Of a stretch of 64,000 bases of DNA, positions 1-10,336 are shown in pieces (within the stretch, counting starts at the first letter, position 1; each line of letters opens with the position of its first letter). The notes under the pieces were generated by a model. The model did not search any database and was not told the DNA's origin. It saw only the letters and a list, made by a program, of their open reading frames with translations. The stretch comes from a virus (lineage: Duplodnaviria; Caudoviricetes). A program made the translations under genes and the position numbers. The stretch lies in the IMG/VR virus record IMGVR_UViG_2907208306_000002, positions 32,001 through 96,000 of that record; one strand, 5' to 3'.

Positions 1-297
1 TCCACGGGGAAAGACTCCATAGGTTGAAATGAACCTGGCAATACACCTTAAAAATACACGCTGATCTAAGTCCAACCTAATACCACCGGTTTCGGGGGTA
101 ATTAAGTCATACCAAAGATCGGGGTTCCACCGACACCAGCTTACCAAATCTTTGTACTTAGATAAGTTTTTCGTAAAGTTATCTACTTGTGCCTCAGTAA
201 CCATCTCAATATTATTATTGAAATTTGGATCATGGACGTCCGTTCTATTTTTAGTATGTTTTGCACTTTTTGATTGAAAGTTTTTATAAGAAGACAT
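1..297 (-). CDS. Terminase large subunit, N-terminal part (runs off the window)
   Basis: Manual translation MSSYKNFQ...WCRWNPDLWYDLI...LDLDQRVFLRCIARFISTYGVFPRG, ending at the start of a Walker A region; overlaps the end of the upstream gene; SPbeta yonF-like position. Confidence 0.75.
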   Translation of the reverse strand, partial: MSSYKNFQSKSAKHTKNRTDVHDPNFNNNIEMVTEAQVDNFTKNLSKYKDLVSWCRWNPDLWYDLITPETGGIRLDLDQRVFLRCIARFISTYGVFPRG

Positions 298-1195
298 TAT
301 CTTCACCGTCTATGTTACTTTCATATTCCTTTTTACGCTGATCGTAAAAGGCAAAAATATCTTTATACTCAGCAGGAGGAAGACCTTTAAGATCTCTGAC
401 ATAATTGACATAGCACCAGATAGTAAAGTCTACCTTGTCTTGAGGTCTTTCTTTGAATTGAGGCAGAATCTCAATCACATCAATTGCCTGTTCAACATTT
501 CGCGTTAATTGTGAGAAACTATCCAATCCATCTGATAAGTCTGACTTTGATAACTGAGACGGATTTATCTTAGCGGCTACAGCAGCGTCTTTGGCTAATT
601 TACCCCAACTTTCAGCCTCTTTAGATTGTCCCTTTTGAGTTGCTAATTCTTCTTTAACTCGATACCGAACATAGATTTGCAATGCTTCAATATGCATTGC
701 TGTTCGTTCAGGATAGTTAACTTTTAGTTGTTGATACTTCTTTTCAAACAATATAATTTCATCAGGTGGGTAATTTCCCCATTTTTCAATTAAATCAGGG
801 GTCACTACAACCGCTGGCTGAGTAGGGGCCGAGACAGATATCTCACTATTTTCAATAGATTTTTTCTCAAATACACTATCTTCCCATGTCATTCCTCTAT
901 AATTTGGTAGTGAGTTGATTTGTCTTAGATAATTCCCAAATGTTTTACCAATTCTATTTGAAGAGTCCTCCCATAAATCAATAAGAAAGGGGAGATCCAT
1001 CGCTCTCAAGGCTGAATGGACGGTTTTAATGTCAGAGTAATCAATCATCTCATTAATACATTTCTTACAGAGAGGAGACTTCCCATCTGACATAGGATTA
1101 TTATTGTTATAAAAATTTATTAAGGACAAAACTCTTTTACATTCAGAACATTTTTTTGTTGGTTTTTCTTTATTTATTTTTGGTGTTTTAGTCAC
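284..1195 (-). CDS. Probable terminase small subunit / Zn-finger packaging protein
   Basis: N-terminal CxxC...CxxC; lies directly upstream of the terminase large gene. Confidence 0.5.
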   Translation of the reverse strand: MTKTPKINKEKPTKKCSECKRVLSLINFYNNNNPMSDGKSPLCKKCINEMIDYSDIKTVHSALRAMDLPFLIDLWEDSSNRIGKTFGNYLRQINSLPNYRGMTWEDSVFEKKSIENSEISVSAPTQPAVVVTPDLIEKWGNYPPDEIILFEKKYQQLKVNYPERTAMHIEALQIYVRYRVKEELATQKGQSKEAESWGKLAKDAAVAAKINPSQLSKSDLSDGLDSFSQLTRNVEQAIDVIEILPQFKERPQDKVDFTIWCYVNYVRDLKGLPPAEYKDIFAFYDQRKKEYESNIDGEDNVFL

Positions 1196-1380
1196 TTTCT
1201 CACCTTCCTTATAACTCCCATAGAGATAATCTTTGATTTAGTCGGCGTGTTGCCAAAGTAAAAAAGAGTAAAAGGGCGGGAGGGAGTGCCCGTTTTAGAT
1301 ATCGATTGATAAATCCCTTTTACTAAAATACAAACAACAAAAAAGACGATCTTACAATCGTCTAAGGAATTCTTTGTATT

Positions 1381-1734
1381 TTATTCTTCGTCTTCATCGA
1401 CAATCTCGATATCATATCCAGCCATCGATAACATATCGAAACGTAGCATTTCAACATCCATTTGTAGTTTATCTAGTCGTTCAGAAATTCTTCCGTGAGA
1501 CGAAGCGTGATCCCAAATGGTCATTAGGGCATCTTTGAGGTGAGATTTGTTTCTAACCTTAATGATTTGCTCAACATAGTTATCTAGAATGAGATCGATA
1601 TTTGGTTTATAGTTTGGAATCATAACTATATTTGTTGAGTCAGCAATGTCTTCTTCAGACAAGAATGAAGAAGGGAGGTCATTCTCCTCTGGTGGTTCGC
1701 CCTGCATGTATTCATCTTCAGTCAAGGATCTCAC
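1381..1734 (-). CDS. Hypothetical acidic protein
   Basis: ORF in the late operon with an upstream RBS. Confidence 0.6.
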   Translation of the reverse strand: MRSLTEDEYMQGEPPEENDLPSSFLSEEDIADSTNIVMIPNYKPNIDLILDNYVEQIIKVRNKSHLKDALMTIWDHASSHGRISERLDKLQMDVEMLRFDMLSMAGYDIEIVDEDEE

Positions 1735-1740
1735 CCACCC

Positions 1741-2916
1741 TTACTTAAATTTAATTTTATAGGTACATTCAATCTCAGAGCCATCTAGTACTATGTATTT
1801 CTGCATGGGAGAGGCAAAATATCGTTTTGATACTGCATAATCATCTGGCCCCATAAGACTTCCAGAAACAATTACTTCAGTCAGACCAAATTCTTTTTCG
1901 TAATTATGGTGAATATGTCCGCTGTAAATATATTTAGGGACAAAACCAAGGATCTGAGGGAGGTTCTTGGCAGAAGTTGCGGCTGGGTCGAGATCTCCGT
2001 GTACAAAGACGTGCTTTTCGCCATTGATGTCTTCAATATACAGACCGTCTTCATCTCGAACGATTTCTATATTAGCGAAGTCTTTTAATCGAGTTTCAAG
2101 AAACCAAGGGATCAGATACTCTAAATTTTCCCTAAAAATAGATTCATTCTTATTGCTAATCAATCTGGAGTGATTTCCAATAATGTTAATGAACTTTATT
2201 TTCTTGTGATACTTTGATAGTTCAGCAAGCGACTCTGCCATTGATTCTGCTGCAATCTGAATTTGATTGATTACGTCTTCACCAGACTGTACTCTGGCTG
2301 AAACGTGAATTGCACCATGTAGTGCGTCTCCCAGGTTTGCAACGATTAACTCGGAAACATTGTTTTTAATACTATATTGAATCGTTTTTTCTACAAGCGT
2401 TTTTAAACGATCTCTAAATACGATGATGTTGTATGTATTAAAGCTATTCTTAAATTCGCTCCCAATATGGAAGTCAGACCACAAAGAAATGGCCTTTTTG
2501 CTATCTGTTGCCTGTACACAAATCTCAGGTTTTAGTGGTTTGAGTTTTGCAAGTTCGGCTATTGCGACCGATACTTCATCTCTAAGGTGTTCAAATCTTG
2601 CTTGTTGTCTAATTAAATTAGTATATTCGCGTTTTTGATCCTGATATTTAAAACGTTCTTTTTGAAGTTGTACAGTTTTGTCTTCAATTTCTTGAATGTA
2701 CTCATTGCTTTCCGATTTTTTTACTCCAATGGAAATTCCGCGATTCAATAAATGATATTCTTTTCGATATTTAGATTCTGAAAAGTCTTCATTAAGAAAT
2801 TCGTTCATGAGAGAGGCGATATCATTCCAGGATAGATTGAGTTCATCTTTGTTAGATCCGATACGCAGAAGGTATTCCTCGTATGTTTCATTCTCTGTAT
2901 TATGTAATGGAGTCAT
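1741..2916 (-). CDS. Calcineurin-like metallophosphoesterase (YonJ-like)
   Basis: Motifs SDFHIG, LGDALHG, IGNHSR, VHGD, GHIHH. Confidence 0.85.
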   Translation of the reverse strand: MTPLHNTENETYEEYLLRIGSNKDELNLSWNDIASLMNEFLNEDFSESKYRKEYHLLNRGISIGVKKSESNEYIQEIEDKTVQLQKERFKYQDQKREYTNLIRQQARFEHLRDEVSVAIAELAKLKPLKPEICVQATDSKKAISLWSDFHIGSEFKNSFNTYNIIVFRDRLKTLVEKTIQYSIKNNVSELIVANLGDALHGAIHVSARVQSGEDVINQIQIAAESMAESLAELSKYHKKIKFINIIGNHSRLISNKNESIFRENLEYLIPWFLETRLKDFANIEIVRDEDGLYIEDINGEKHVFVHGDLDPAATSAKNLPQILGFVPKYIYSGHIHHNYEKEFGLTEVIVSGSLMGPDDYAVSKRYFASPMQKYIVLDGSEIECTYKIKFK

Positions 2917-2927
2917 TTAATCACTCC

Positions 2928-3122
2928 TCAATCTTCCACAATGTGACTCGGATCAAAGTCAGAGCCAATAGTAATAGATACATTCCCGCCATCAAATTCC
3001 TTTAGCAATGACTTCAAATCAAATACTTGAATACCGTTCTTGTCTTCGTGGGTAATCGTCATCGTTTCCATTTCAAAAGAACCGGTTCGATTTACTGTTT
3101 TTGTATCCTTATTTTTAGCCAT
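2928..3122 (-). CDS. yonK: YonK-family protein
   Basis: 64 aa; FDLKSLLKEFDGGNVSITI resembles SPbeta YonK; syntenic. Confidence 0.7.
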   Translation of the reverse strand: MAKNKDTKTVNRTGSFEMETMTITHEDKNGIQVFDLKSLLKEFDGGNVSITIGSDFDPSHIVED

Positions 3123-3152
3123 AATTAAATACTCCCTTAGTATTTTTATTTT

Positions 3153-4469
3153 TTAAAGCATATCTGCACATAGTTGAGAGATTGTGGATCTTTCACCTTT
3201 AGTGAAAGTAATGTGCCCAACCTCTTTTTGTTCTTTCATTGCCTCAGTAAAATGAGTAAGACCATTAGAGTAGATATCAAGATATGGACTATCGATTTGA
3301 AATGGGTCACCTAAAAGTACGAGCTTACTACCTTCCCCTAAGCGAGTCGCAATAGTTTTTACTTCATGGCGGCTCAAATTCTGAGCTTCATCAATAATGA
3401 TCCATTGATTCGGAATGGATCGACCTCGAATATACGTTAATGCCTCAACCTTAATTATGTCTTCATATCCTTGAAGCAACTTGTTAAGTTGGTCTTCGTC
3501 CTTACAATCAAACAAATACTCTAAATTATCATAAATGGGTTGCATCCACGGACGAAGTTTCTCGTCTTTTTCCCCAGGCAGATAACCAATATCTTTTCCC
3601 ATAGGTACAACAGGTCTACCAACAAGAACTTTTCTATACGTTTGCTCATCTAATGTTTTTTGTAGTGAAACCGCCAGTGCAAGTAAAGTCTTACCTGTGC
3701 CTGCTTTGCCTGATAGTGTCACAATAGGAACGTTATCATCAAGCAACAAGTCTAGCGCCATCATTTGCTCAACATTTTTATGTTTAATAGTACCGAAGAT
3801 AGGATTCTCGGTTGAGTATTGATAAAGAGGTACTAGTTTCCCCTTAAGTTTTCTGCAGACTGCACTTTTGCTATCATTTATCTCTGACTTAAGAATGAAA
3901 AAGTGGTTTTCTGGATAGGAATCAAACATTTTATCTCTAAGAGACTTGTTCCTATAAAACCTATTTACCATTTCATCGGGGACGGATACAGTGGAGTAGC
4001 CCTTATATAGTTCGTCTTCGCTTGTGGCAACTTTATCATTCAGATAATCTTCTGAGTTAACCGAAACAGTATCTGCCTTTACACGTACCAATACATCTTT
4101 AGAGATGAGCACAACTTGCGTATCTAGACTTGTCTCTTTTAATTCAAAAGCAACCGCAATAATTGCATTATCATTTTTATCATCAAGAAATCTTTCGAAA
4201 ATGGGGGATTTTGAATCGTGAGTCTTAACTACAAGATTGCCGCCATTTCGTAATAGTACACCATTATGTAGTTTGCCGATTTCACGTAGAGCATCCAGTT
4301 CACGAGCAACATGTCTCGCATTTCGTCCTAATTCATCAGGTAGTTTTTTCTTACTGTCCAATTCCTCTAATACAACGCTTGGGATAACCACATTATTATC
4401 TTCAAATGCGTAAATGGCTAATGGATCTGATAAAAGGACGTTTGTATCTAGAACATAAGTTTTCTTCAT
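3153..4469 (-). CDS. phoH: PhoH-family ATPase with N-terminal PIN domain
   Basis: YVLDTNVLL (PIN), GKAGTGKT, IGYLPG, RGRS, IIDEAQN; start reassigned to MKKTYV after an RBS. Confidence 0.92.
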   Translation of the reverse strand: MKKTYVLDTNVLLSDPLAIYAFEDNNVVIPSVVLEELDSKKKLPDELGRNARHVARELDALREIGKLHNGVLLRNGGNLVVKTHDSKSPIFERFLDDKNDNAIIAVAFELKETSLDTQVVLISKDVLVRVKADTVSVNSEDYLNDKVATSEDELYKGYSTVSVPDEMVNRFYRNKSLRDKMFDSYPENHFFILKSEINDSKSAVCRKLKGKLVPLYQYSTENPIFGTIKHKNVEQMMALDLLLDDNVPIVTLSGKAGTGKTLLALAVSLQKTLDEQTYRKVLVGRPVVPMGKDIGYLPGEKDEKLRPWMQPIYDNLEYLFDCKDEDQLNKLLQGYEDIIKVEALTYIRGRSIPNQWIIIDEAQNLSRHEVKTIATRLGEGSKLVLLGDPFQIDSPYLDIYSNGLTHFTEAMKEQKEVGHITFTKGERSTISQLCADML

Positions 4470-4627
4470 CGGCTTTACCTCTTTGGGTAGAATAGGGGAA
4501 AGAGGCACCACCCAAAGGCCGCACCCCTTAAAATAGTGATTCATCTGCATAATCGCAGTCAAATTAATGGTTCCTGGTGGATAATCCACAATGTTTCTGG
4601 TATATGTATTAAAATGAAATTATAGTT

Positions 4628-4906
4628 TTATTGTACGTTTACAGCATCTTTAAGTGCTTTCTTTGGTTTAAATGCTGGAACTTTTTTGGCAGCAATTTCA
4701 ACTGGTTCTCCAGTTTGAGGATTTCGACCTGTACGAGCATTGCGTTGCCGAGATTCGAATTCTCCGAATCCTGAAATCGACACTTTTTCTCCATTTGCGA
4801 GTGCTTCAATAATTACCTCAAACACTGCATTAGTTGCAGTCTCAACGTCTTTTTTTGTATAATCTGTTTTCTCTACAACTTTATTGTATAGATCTTGTTT
4901 ATTCAT
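4628..4906 (-). CDS. hup: HU-family DNA-binding protein (YonN-like)
   Basis: GFGEFE...[13 protein letters not shown]...VPAFKP signature. Confidence 0.95.
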   Translation of the reverse strand: MNKQDLYNKVVEKTDYTKKDVETATNAVFEVIIEALANGEKVSISGFGEFESRQRNARTGRNPQTGEPVEIAAKKVPAFKPKKALKDAVNVQ

Positions 4907-5176
4907 ATTTCATTTCTCCCTTGAAATTTTATATTTTGTTTATGTATTGTAATCGGGTAAGGGCATATAATAGCCTCTTCACTTTGTATATCAGGATAAG
5001 ATACGCTCTCCCTAAAAGACCATCTTGTTTTTTGCTTATTATGATTGAGTTTTTTGAAAAACCCTTATAAACAAAGGGAATTTATGATAAAATATAATTA
5101 TATTTATCTTTAAAAGCCATTACAATAGTGAAAAAAGTCAATGTTTATTAGGGTTTTATGAAATAGTTCCAAAAGG

Positions 5177-7789
5177 TTAGACTTTTCTATGTTTTTCGTA
5201 CCATCTTTTAAATTTTTCTCTATTCTGTTTCTTTTTTACTTCCACCAAACAGTGTTCACAATATTTCTTTTGATTGTTTACCTTTTCAATCCTATCACCA
5301 CAAACTTCACACTGTATATATCCATCATCCAAGCTCATTTCAACATTCTTTTTAATATTTCCTACAATTATATCACCAAAACTCGACCATAGAGTTGTCT
5401 TATAGCTACTCTTCTTTTGCTTATACAGATATTCGACGAGAACATCAACAACATAAGATACATTTGAATTCACTTCTAACAATTTACTGCGAATTTCTTT
5501 ATAAGCAAGAATATCATCTGTGTTTGTCTTATCATCAATTGTGCCCGACATCATAAAGTGCTTTTTAAGGTCTAACTCTGTATATGTATTAATTATTTGT
5601 TGATCTAACTTAATCTCAGCATTCTTGCTACTCATAAGTAACTTATAATCAAACTTACCTAAATTGGCGGCTTTAAAATTAATTTTCGGATTTGGGATCA
5701 ATTTACCAAGTCTATTGACCACGCTATTGTTTTGTTCTGCGACATTTTCCTCAAGTTTGTCTTTAGCATAAATAAAGAAGTGGGGGACTTTGGATTTAGT
5801 GAAATCAGTAATTAGTTTCTTCTTACTTTGCGGTCGAACTGGCTTATATAGAGTTTTAGCATAGTCGATAGTAAAGTTATTCTCCATGCAAAGCAATTTA
5901 ATCACGTCTAAATTGACATTATTACTGTTCCATATTTTTGTGATATCATTACTAATCACTCCGATATTCCCGCCAGTATAGGCAGCGACCAATCCGCCAT
6001 AAATGCTGCTATTCGTAATTTTTTCTGCTTCAGCTTTAGCCATTTTATAATACAGCGGATATACATCCTTCATATTTCTCTCTGCAACTTCTACCAAAGT
6101 CTTATCATTACAGACAAGGGCTTTGTCGCCGTCATTGTCGAACATAAGAATTTTGCTTATTGGGTCTTGGCAGCTTGTATAGACGCTATTAGTTACAAAC
6201 CAGCGCTTCATTTCTTTAGTAATTACATTTTTCCTAACTGCGTGTTCTCGATAAAGATGGGGGCTTCTTAAGCAATTGAGCTTTTCGTTATTGCCATATA
6301 GGGAGCAAAATACTTCTCCGTTGTTTAGTAATCCTTTGGGTTCTTGAACTCCAAGAAATAAATACTCACAGAATGCATATAGGTCTGGACTTATAAATGT
6401 ATACTTACCACTAATATCAATTTTTCCTGCTTTGGCGTTCTTCATCATGCTGCGTTTTACTTGTTTTAAAATTTCTCTGCTATATGTATCATTCAGTAAC
6501 TCAGGATATATCTCTAGTGCCTGTTGCAGGTAATTTTTATTAGTATTAGTGTCTGATACTCCAAGAAGTTTTAGCATAGTATTTCGGTCAGATCCAACAT
6601 TTAAAATCTTATGTATTGTTTTGTTGCTTAACTTTAGCAATTCATCGTTTGAGATTTCCGTCAAGGTTTGAAGCATTTGATAATTTAATTTGGCGTTCCC
6701 AATTAAATCCTCTTCTTCGTTACACTTACCAGCGTGACAATTATATTTGATGAAATTGTCTGTATATTCTCCCCAGCAAGAATAATATTTCCACATCTTA
6801 AACTGGCTCTTAGTGAATATTACTTCAATTTTTTCTTTAATAATATCGTGCTCTACACCGTAGATATCTTTGACAACACCATATTTGCTTTTACCTTTAG
6901 CATTAGCTTCGCGGATAAATTTATCGAAAGGGAAGGGGATAAGTAACCCCTTAATCCAAGGAAGTCTTACCATCATTCCCTTCTTAGATTTTCGAGGGAG
7001 GATCATTCCACATCCATCCGTATGCTCAATCGCTATATTCATGCTTTGTCTTGTAATTTCATATGTTTCATCATCAATGTAATCGACAATACTCTGTACC
7101 GGTGTTTCCATATCGTCTACGACAATTGCTTTGGTGATATCAAACTCTTTCCATTCCTCGGTGGCACTATTGCATAGGGCAAGGTAGGCCAAATACTTAT
7201 TAATGTTGACCCCACCTAATTCATTAATTCTTTCGATTGTGAGACCACACATTAACGCTGCATGATGCTTTGTATATACACTCTCTTTGATAAAAACTGT
7301 TTTTTTGGTTCGAATTTGTCCTGCACTTGCTGTGAAGCATATATACTTTTCGCCATTATGAATAAAGCCGTCATTTACAATATTGTTTAGAATGTCGAAG
7401 AAGTACGTCTGAACTACCATGACATCTTCTGAAAGTTTGTTTTGCTGAATGCCCAACGTCCTTGTTAATGTAGATTCAAATACAGAAATAATGGACTTCT
7501 TACTGAGTAATGCTTCGAGACGAAGATGCCGAACCCCTTGATGCAAGGTAAATTGATGATACAGTTTCTCTTTAATTCGTTTGATTCTCTTGTTTGTATT
7601 TGTAATGAGCTGATCAATCTTTTGGCTTTCTAGCTCGTCCGTCTTTTTCTTTAATTGTTTAAGTTTATTTCTGAACTTATAGTTCTTATTCAACCTTTTA
7701 TGTATTTGCATTTCATTATCATCATAAAAAGAACTAGTATCTAAACTGTAAACATTGACTTGTTTATTCAAATTTATAGTCATTAACAC
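5177..7789 (-). CDS. yonO: YonO-type single-subunit phage RNA polymerase
   Basis: 870 aa; ASAGQIR, HTDGCG, RLPWIKG, LRSPHL, catalytic DNDGD; syntenic with HU as in SPbeta. Confidence 0.88.
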   Translation of the reverse strand: MLMTINLNKQVNVYSLDTSSFYDDNEMQIHKRLNKNYKFRNKLKQLKKKTDELESQKIDQLITNTNKRIKRIKEKLYHQFTLHQGVRHLRLEALLSKKSIISVFESTLTRTLGIQQNKLSEDVMVVQTYFFDILNNIVNDGFIHNGEKYICFTASAGQIRTKKTVFIKESVYTKHHAALMCGLTIERINELGGVNINKYLAYLALCNSATEEWKEFDITKAIVVDDMETPVQSIVDYIDDETYEITRQSMNIAIEHTDGCGMILPRKSKKGMMVRLPWIKGLLIPFPFDKFIREANAKGKSKYGVVKDIYGVEHDIIKEKIEVIFTKSQFKMWKYYSCWGEYTDNFIKYNCHAGKCNEEEDLIGNAKLNYQMLQTLTEISNDELLKLSNKTIHKILNVGSDRNTMLKLLGVSDTNTNKNYLQQALEIYPELLNDTYSREILKQVKRSMMKNAKAGKIDISGKYTFISPDLYAFCEYLFLGVQEPKGLLNNGEVFCSLYGNNEKLNCLRSPHLYREHAVRKNVITKEMKRWFVTNSVYTSCQDPISKILMFDNDGDKALVCNDKTLVEVAERNMKDVYPLYYKMAKAEAEKITNSSIYGGLVAAYTGGNIGVISNDITKIWNSNNVNLDVIKLLCMENNFTIDYAKTLYKPVRPQSKKKLITDFTKSKVPHFFIYAKDKLEENVAEQNNSVVNRLGKLIPNPKINFKAANLGKFDYKLLMSSKNAEIKLDQQIINTYTELDLKKHFMMSGTIDDKTNTDDILAYKEIRSKLLEVNSNVSYVVDVLVEYLYKQKKSSYKTTLWSSFGDIIVGNIKKNVEMSLDDGYIQCEVCGDRIEKVNNQKKYCEHCLVEVKKKQNREKFKRWYEKHRKV

Positions 7790-7809
7790 CCCTTTGTAAA
7801 AAAATATAT

Positions 7810-8043
7810 TTATTTAATCGGTGTAACTTCAGACAGTTTCTCGGACTTATAAGGTTCTCGATAGAATCTACCGCTGTTTGCTTTCATTAACCACACTGCT
7901 TCATTATCAATCACTTCTTCTATGTATTCAACACAATCATTAGTTCCTTGCTTCATTTCTGGTGAAACATATCTTTCATCACAATAATCAACATCTCCAT
8001 CATAATATTGCTCCTGGAAAGTTCTAAAATATTTGTTTGCCAT
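7810..8043 (-). CDS. Hypothetical protein upstream of yonO
   Basis: 77-aa ORF co-oriented with yonO. Confidence 0.55.
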   Translation of the reverse strand: MANKYFRTFQEQYYDGDVDYCDERYVSPEMKQGTNDCVEYIEEVIDNEAVWLMKANSGRFYREPYKSEKLSEVTPIK

Positions 8044-8252
8044 TAAGTATTCATAAATCCTCTCTAATTTTGAATTCAGAGAGCAACATTCATTAGATTA
8101 CTTTTTTACTTGTTATCCAGAGAATGTTAATCTCTGTAATTTCAATATATCAGGACTTCATGATATAGTCAATAATATTTTTATGTTTATTTAATTGACT
8201 TTGATTTCATTATAATGGTAAAATGTAATTAATCGAAGGGAGGCTGCTAAAA

Positions 8253-9293
8253 ATGAATGCCACAAAGAATAATATCGTTGGGTTACATATTGGGTCTGTA
8301 TATGAAGACATTCAGACATTCATTTCTAAGTTTGATAGTAAAAATACACAGACGAATTACGAAAGAAGTATTAGGTCTTTCTTTATGTGGTTTGCAAAAA
8401 AACCACTGGAGTTATTACAAAGAGAGGATTTACATGTTCGCAATGCCGATGTGATTAAATACCAAACTTATTTAAGAAATCATGAAGCCGATTATACGAA
8501 CACAACTATTAACAATATGATGGCTGCTATCCAGAGCTTATATGAGTTCCTGGAGATTAATGAATACGGTGTGAATTCAAAATATGTAAAGGTTGATGTT
8601 CTAACCGATGATTCAGAGAGTGCCGGTGATTTATTTCATCATGAAGCTGAAGCCATGGCCAATCTGGTTAAAGGACATAAGAAAGGTCAAGAGAAGTCGG
8701 CGTTAATTAGATTGGCTTATACAACTAGTTTTCGTAAATCCTCATTGCTGAATCTAGAATGGACAGATATTAAAAGAAACCCAGAAGCAGACCATTATCT
8801 TATTACTACAACTGGTAAGGGAGGAAAGAAGCATACTGTCCCTATCTCTGCAGAGCTTTACAATGAGTTAGAACTTATTAAGGAACAGAAGTATTATCAA
8901 CAGTACAGCGATAATAAGATATTTCACTTAAGCAAGACCACAATTCAAAACATGATGGATACACTTAAAATGGAAATGAGTATCCCAGATGAGCGCAATA
9001 TTGTGTTTCACAGTTTCCGAAATGTAGCAGCGAGTTATGGGTCACTTGAGGAAGTAAAAGCTCATCTAAATCATAGCGATATCAATACAACTAATAAGTA
9101 TTACAGACACAAAATGAAGGATTACTCTCAAAGCATAAGCTTAAGAATGGAGGATAAGCTCGATGATGATGTGTTTGAACTGCTAAGCAAGGAGGAACTA
9201 ATTCGCTTAATTAAGCAGCAAGCAGTGGGAACAGTTATCCAAATGAAAAAAGAAGCAATTGAAATGACTAATAAAAGGGAGATGAATAATTGA
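8253..9293 (+). CDS. Tyrosine recombinase/integrase with an apparently intact active site
   Basis: SAM-like N-terminus; TSFRKSSLL (R), GKGGK (K), HSFR (HxxR), HLNHSDINTTNKYY (H, Y). Confidence 0.88.
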   Translation: MNATKNNIVGLHIGSVYEDIQTFISKFDSKNTQTNYERSIRSFFMWFAKKPLELLQREDLHVRNADVIKYQTYLRNHEADYTNTTINNMMAAIQSLYEFLEINEYGVNSKYVKVDVLTDDSESAGDLFHHEAEAMANLVKGHKKGQEKSALIRLAYTTSFRKSSLLNLEWTDIKRNPEADHYLITTTGKGGKKHTVPISAELYNELELIKEQKYYQQYSDNKIFHLSKTTIQNMMDTLKMEMSIPDERNIVFHSFRNVAASYGSLEEVKAHLNHSDINTTNKYYRHKMKDYSQSISLRMEDKLDDDVFELLSKEELIRLIKQQAVGTVIQMKKEAIEMTNKREMNN

Positions 9294-10336
9294 GTTTGAT
9301 TGAACTAAAATTAACACCTGAACGCATGATGTACCCTAAGAGTGAAGCGCTAAATAAAAATGATTTCCGAATCTATGCCTGTACTTCAGATAGCGCGGAT
9401 GTAGAGAAGAATGGTTTTGGTAACATTTCGATTAAAGGAATCATGCAACGCTTAGAGTTAGGTACAGAGTACACCGCACAAATTACTTTAGATAAGATTG
9501 ATCCCAAGTATGGAGCAAGTTACAATGTCTTGTCAATTTATCAAGACGTGCCAGAAACCCTTGATGGACAGAGGGAGTTTCTGGCTACATTAATGACAGA
9601 AATGCAGTTAGAAGAGGTGTATAAGACATATCCAGATGCAGATGTGATTGATTTAATACTGAACGACAAATTCGATTACAAGCAAGTGAAGTACTTTGGA
9701 GAAAAGACGTACTTAAAAATTAAGCATAGGATCAAAGAGAACATTGTAGGTACGGTTCAAATAAATAAATATATACAAAGTATAGTTAATCCTGAATGTG
9801 AGAATAAAAAGCAGCACGAATATGGTAAAGACAATGATAATGTGATACGTGTCGGTGATTTTGTTCTCAACACAGTAAATATGTACCAGGTCAAAAATCT
9901 AGAAGAAAGCAGCGTAGATATCGTGAATGGCGATGCCGGTAAAGTTCTAGATATAAAGTTTGAAGATGATAAACGAGATGATGATGACGAAGATTTACTC
10001 GAAAGAGAAAAGAAAGGTATTATCATTGGGTTTGATAGCGGAGCGTTTAGAATTGACTTTAATGATGTATTTCAATTATTAGCAGGGTGGTGTAGAACTG
10101 GTCATAAAGCACAGGGAGATAGTGCTCCTGCAGTGTTGAGCATTGTTGACCGGTCTCACAAGTTTCAAGTTTCAGCAAACATGCTATATACGATGCTTAC
10201 ACGGGCGAAGAAGAAAGGAATATTGATTACACAATCAGAGACAATCAACTTTGCAATTCGTAAGGTTGAAAGCAAGAGAAGGAATACTCATCTTTGTGAG
10301 CTGCTAAAACATACTGAGGCGGTAGCGGATGAGTAA
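9290..10336 (+). CDS. RecD2-like helicase remnant with the central motor domain deleted in frame
   Basis: RecD2-like N-terminus fused to C-terminal motifs (RVGDFV, NGDAG, TGHKAQG, LYTMLTRAKK); no Walker A/B. Confidence 0.7.
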   Translation: MSLIELKLTPERMMYPKSEALNKNDFRIYACTSDSADVEKNGFGNISIKGIMQRLELGTEYTAQITLDKIDPKYGASYNVLSIYQDVPETLDGQREFLATLMTEMQLEEVYKTYPDADVIDLILNDKFDYKQVKYFGEKTYLKIKHRIKENIVGTVQINKYIQSIVNPECENKKQHEYGKDNDNVIRVGDFVLNTVNMYQVKNLEESSVDIVNGDAGKVLDIKFEDDKRDDDDEDLLEREKKGIIIGFDSGAFRIDFNDVFQLLAGWCRTGHKAQGDSAPAVLSIVDRSHKFQVSANMLYTMLTRAKKKGILITQSETINFAIRKVESKRRNTHLCELLKHTEAVADE

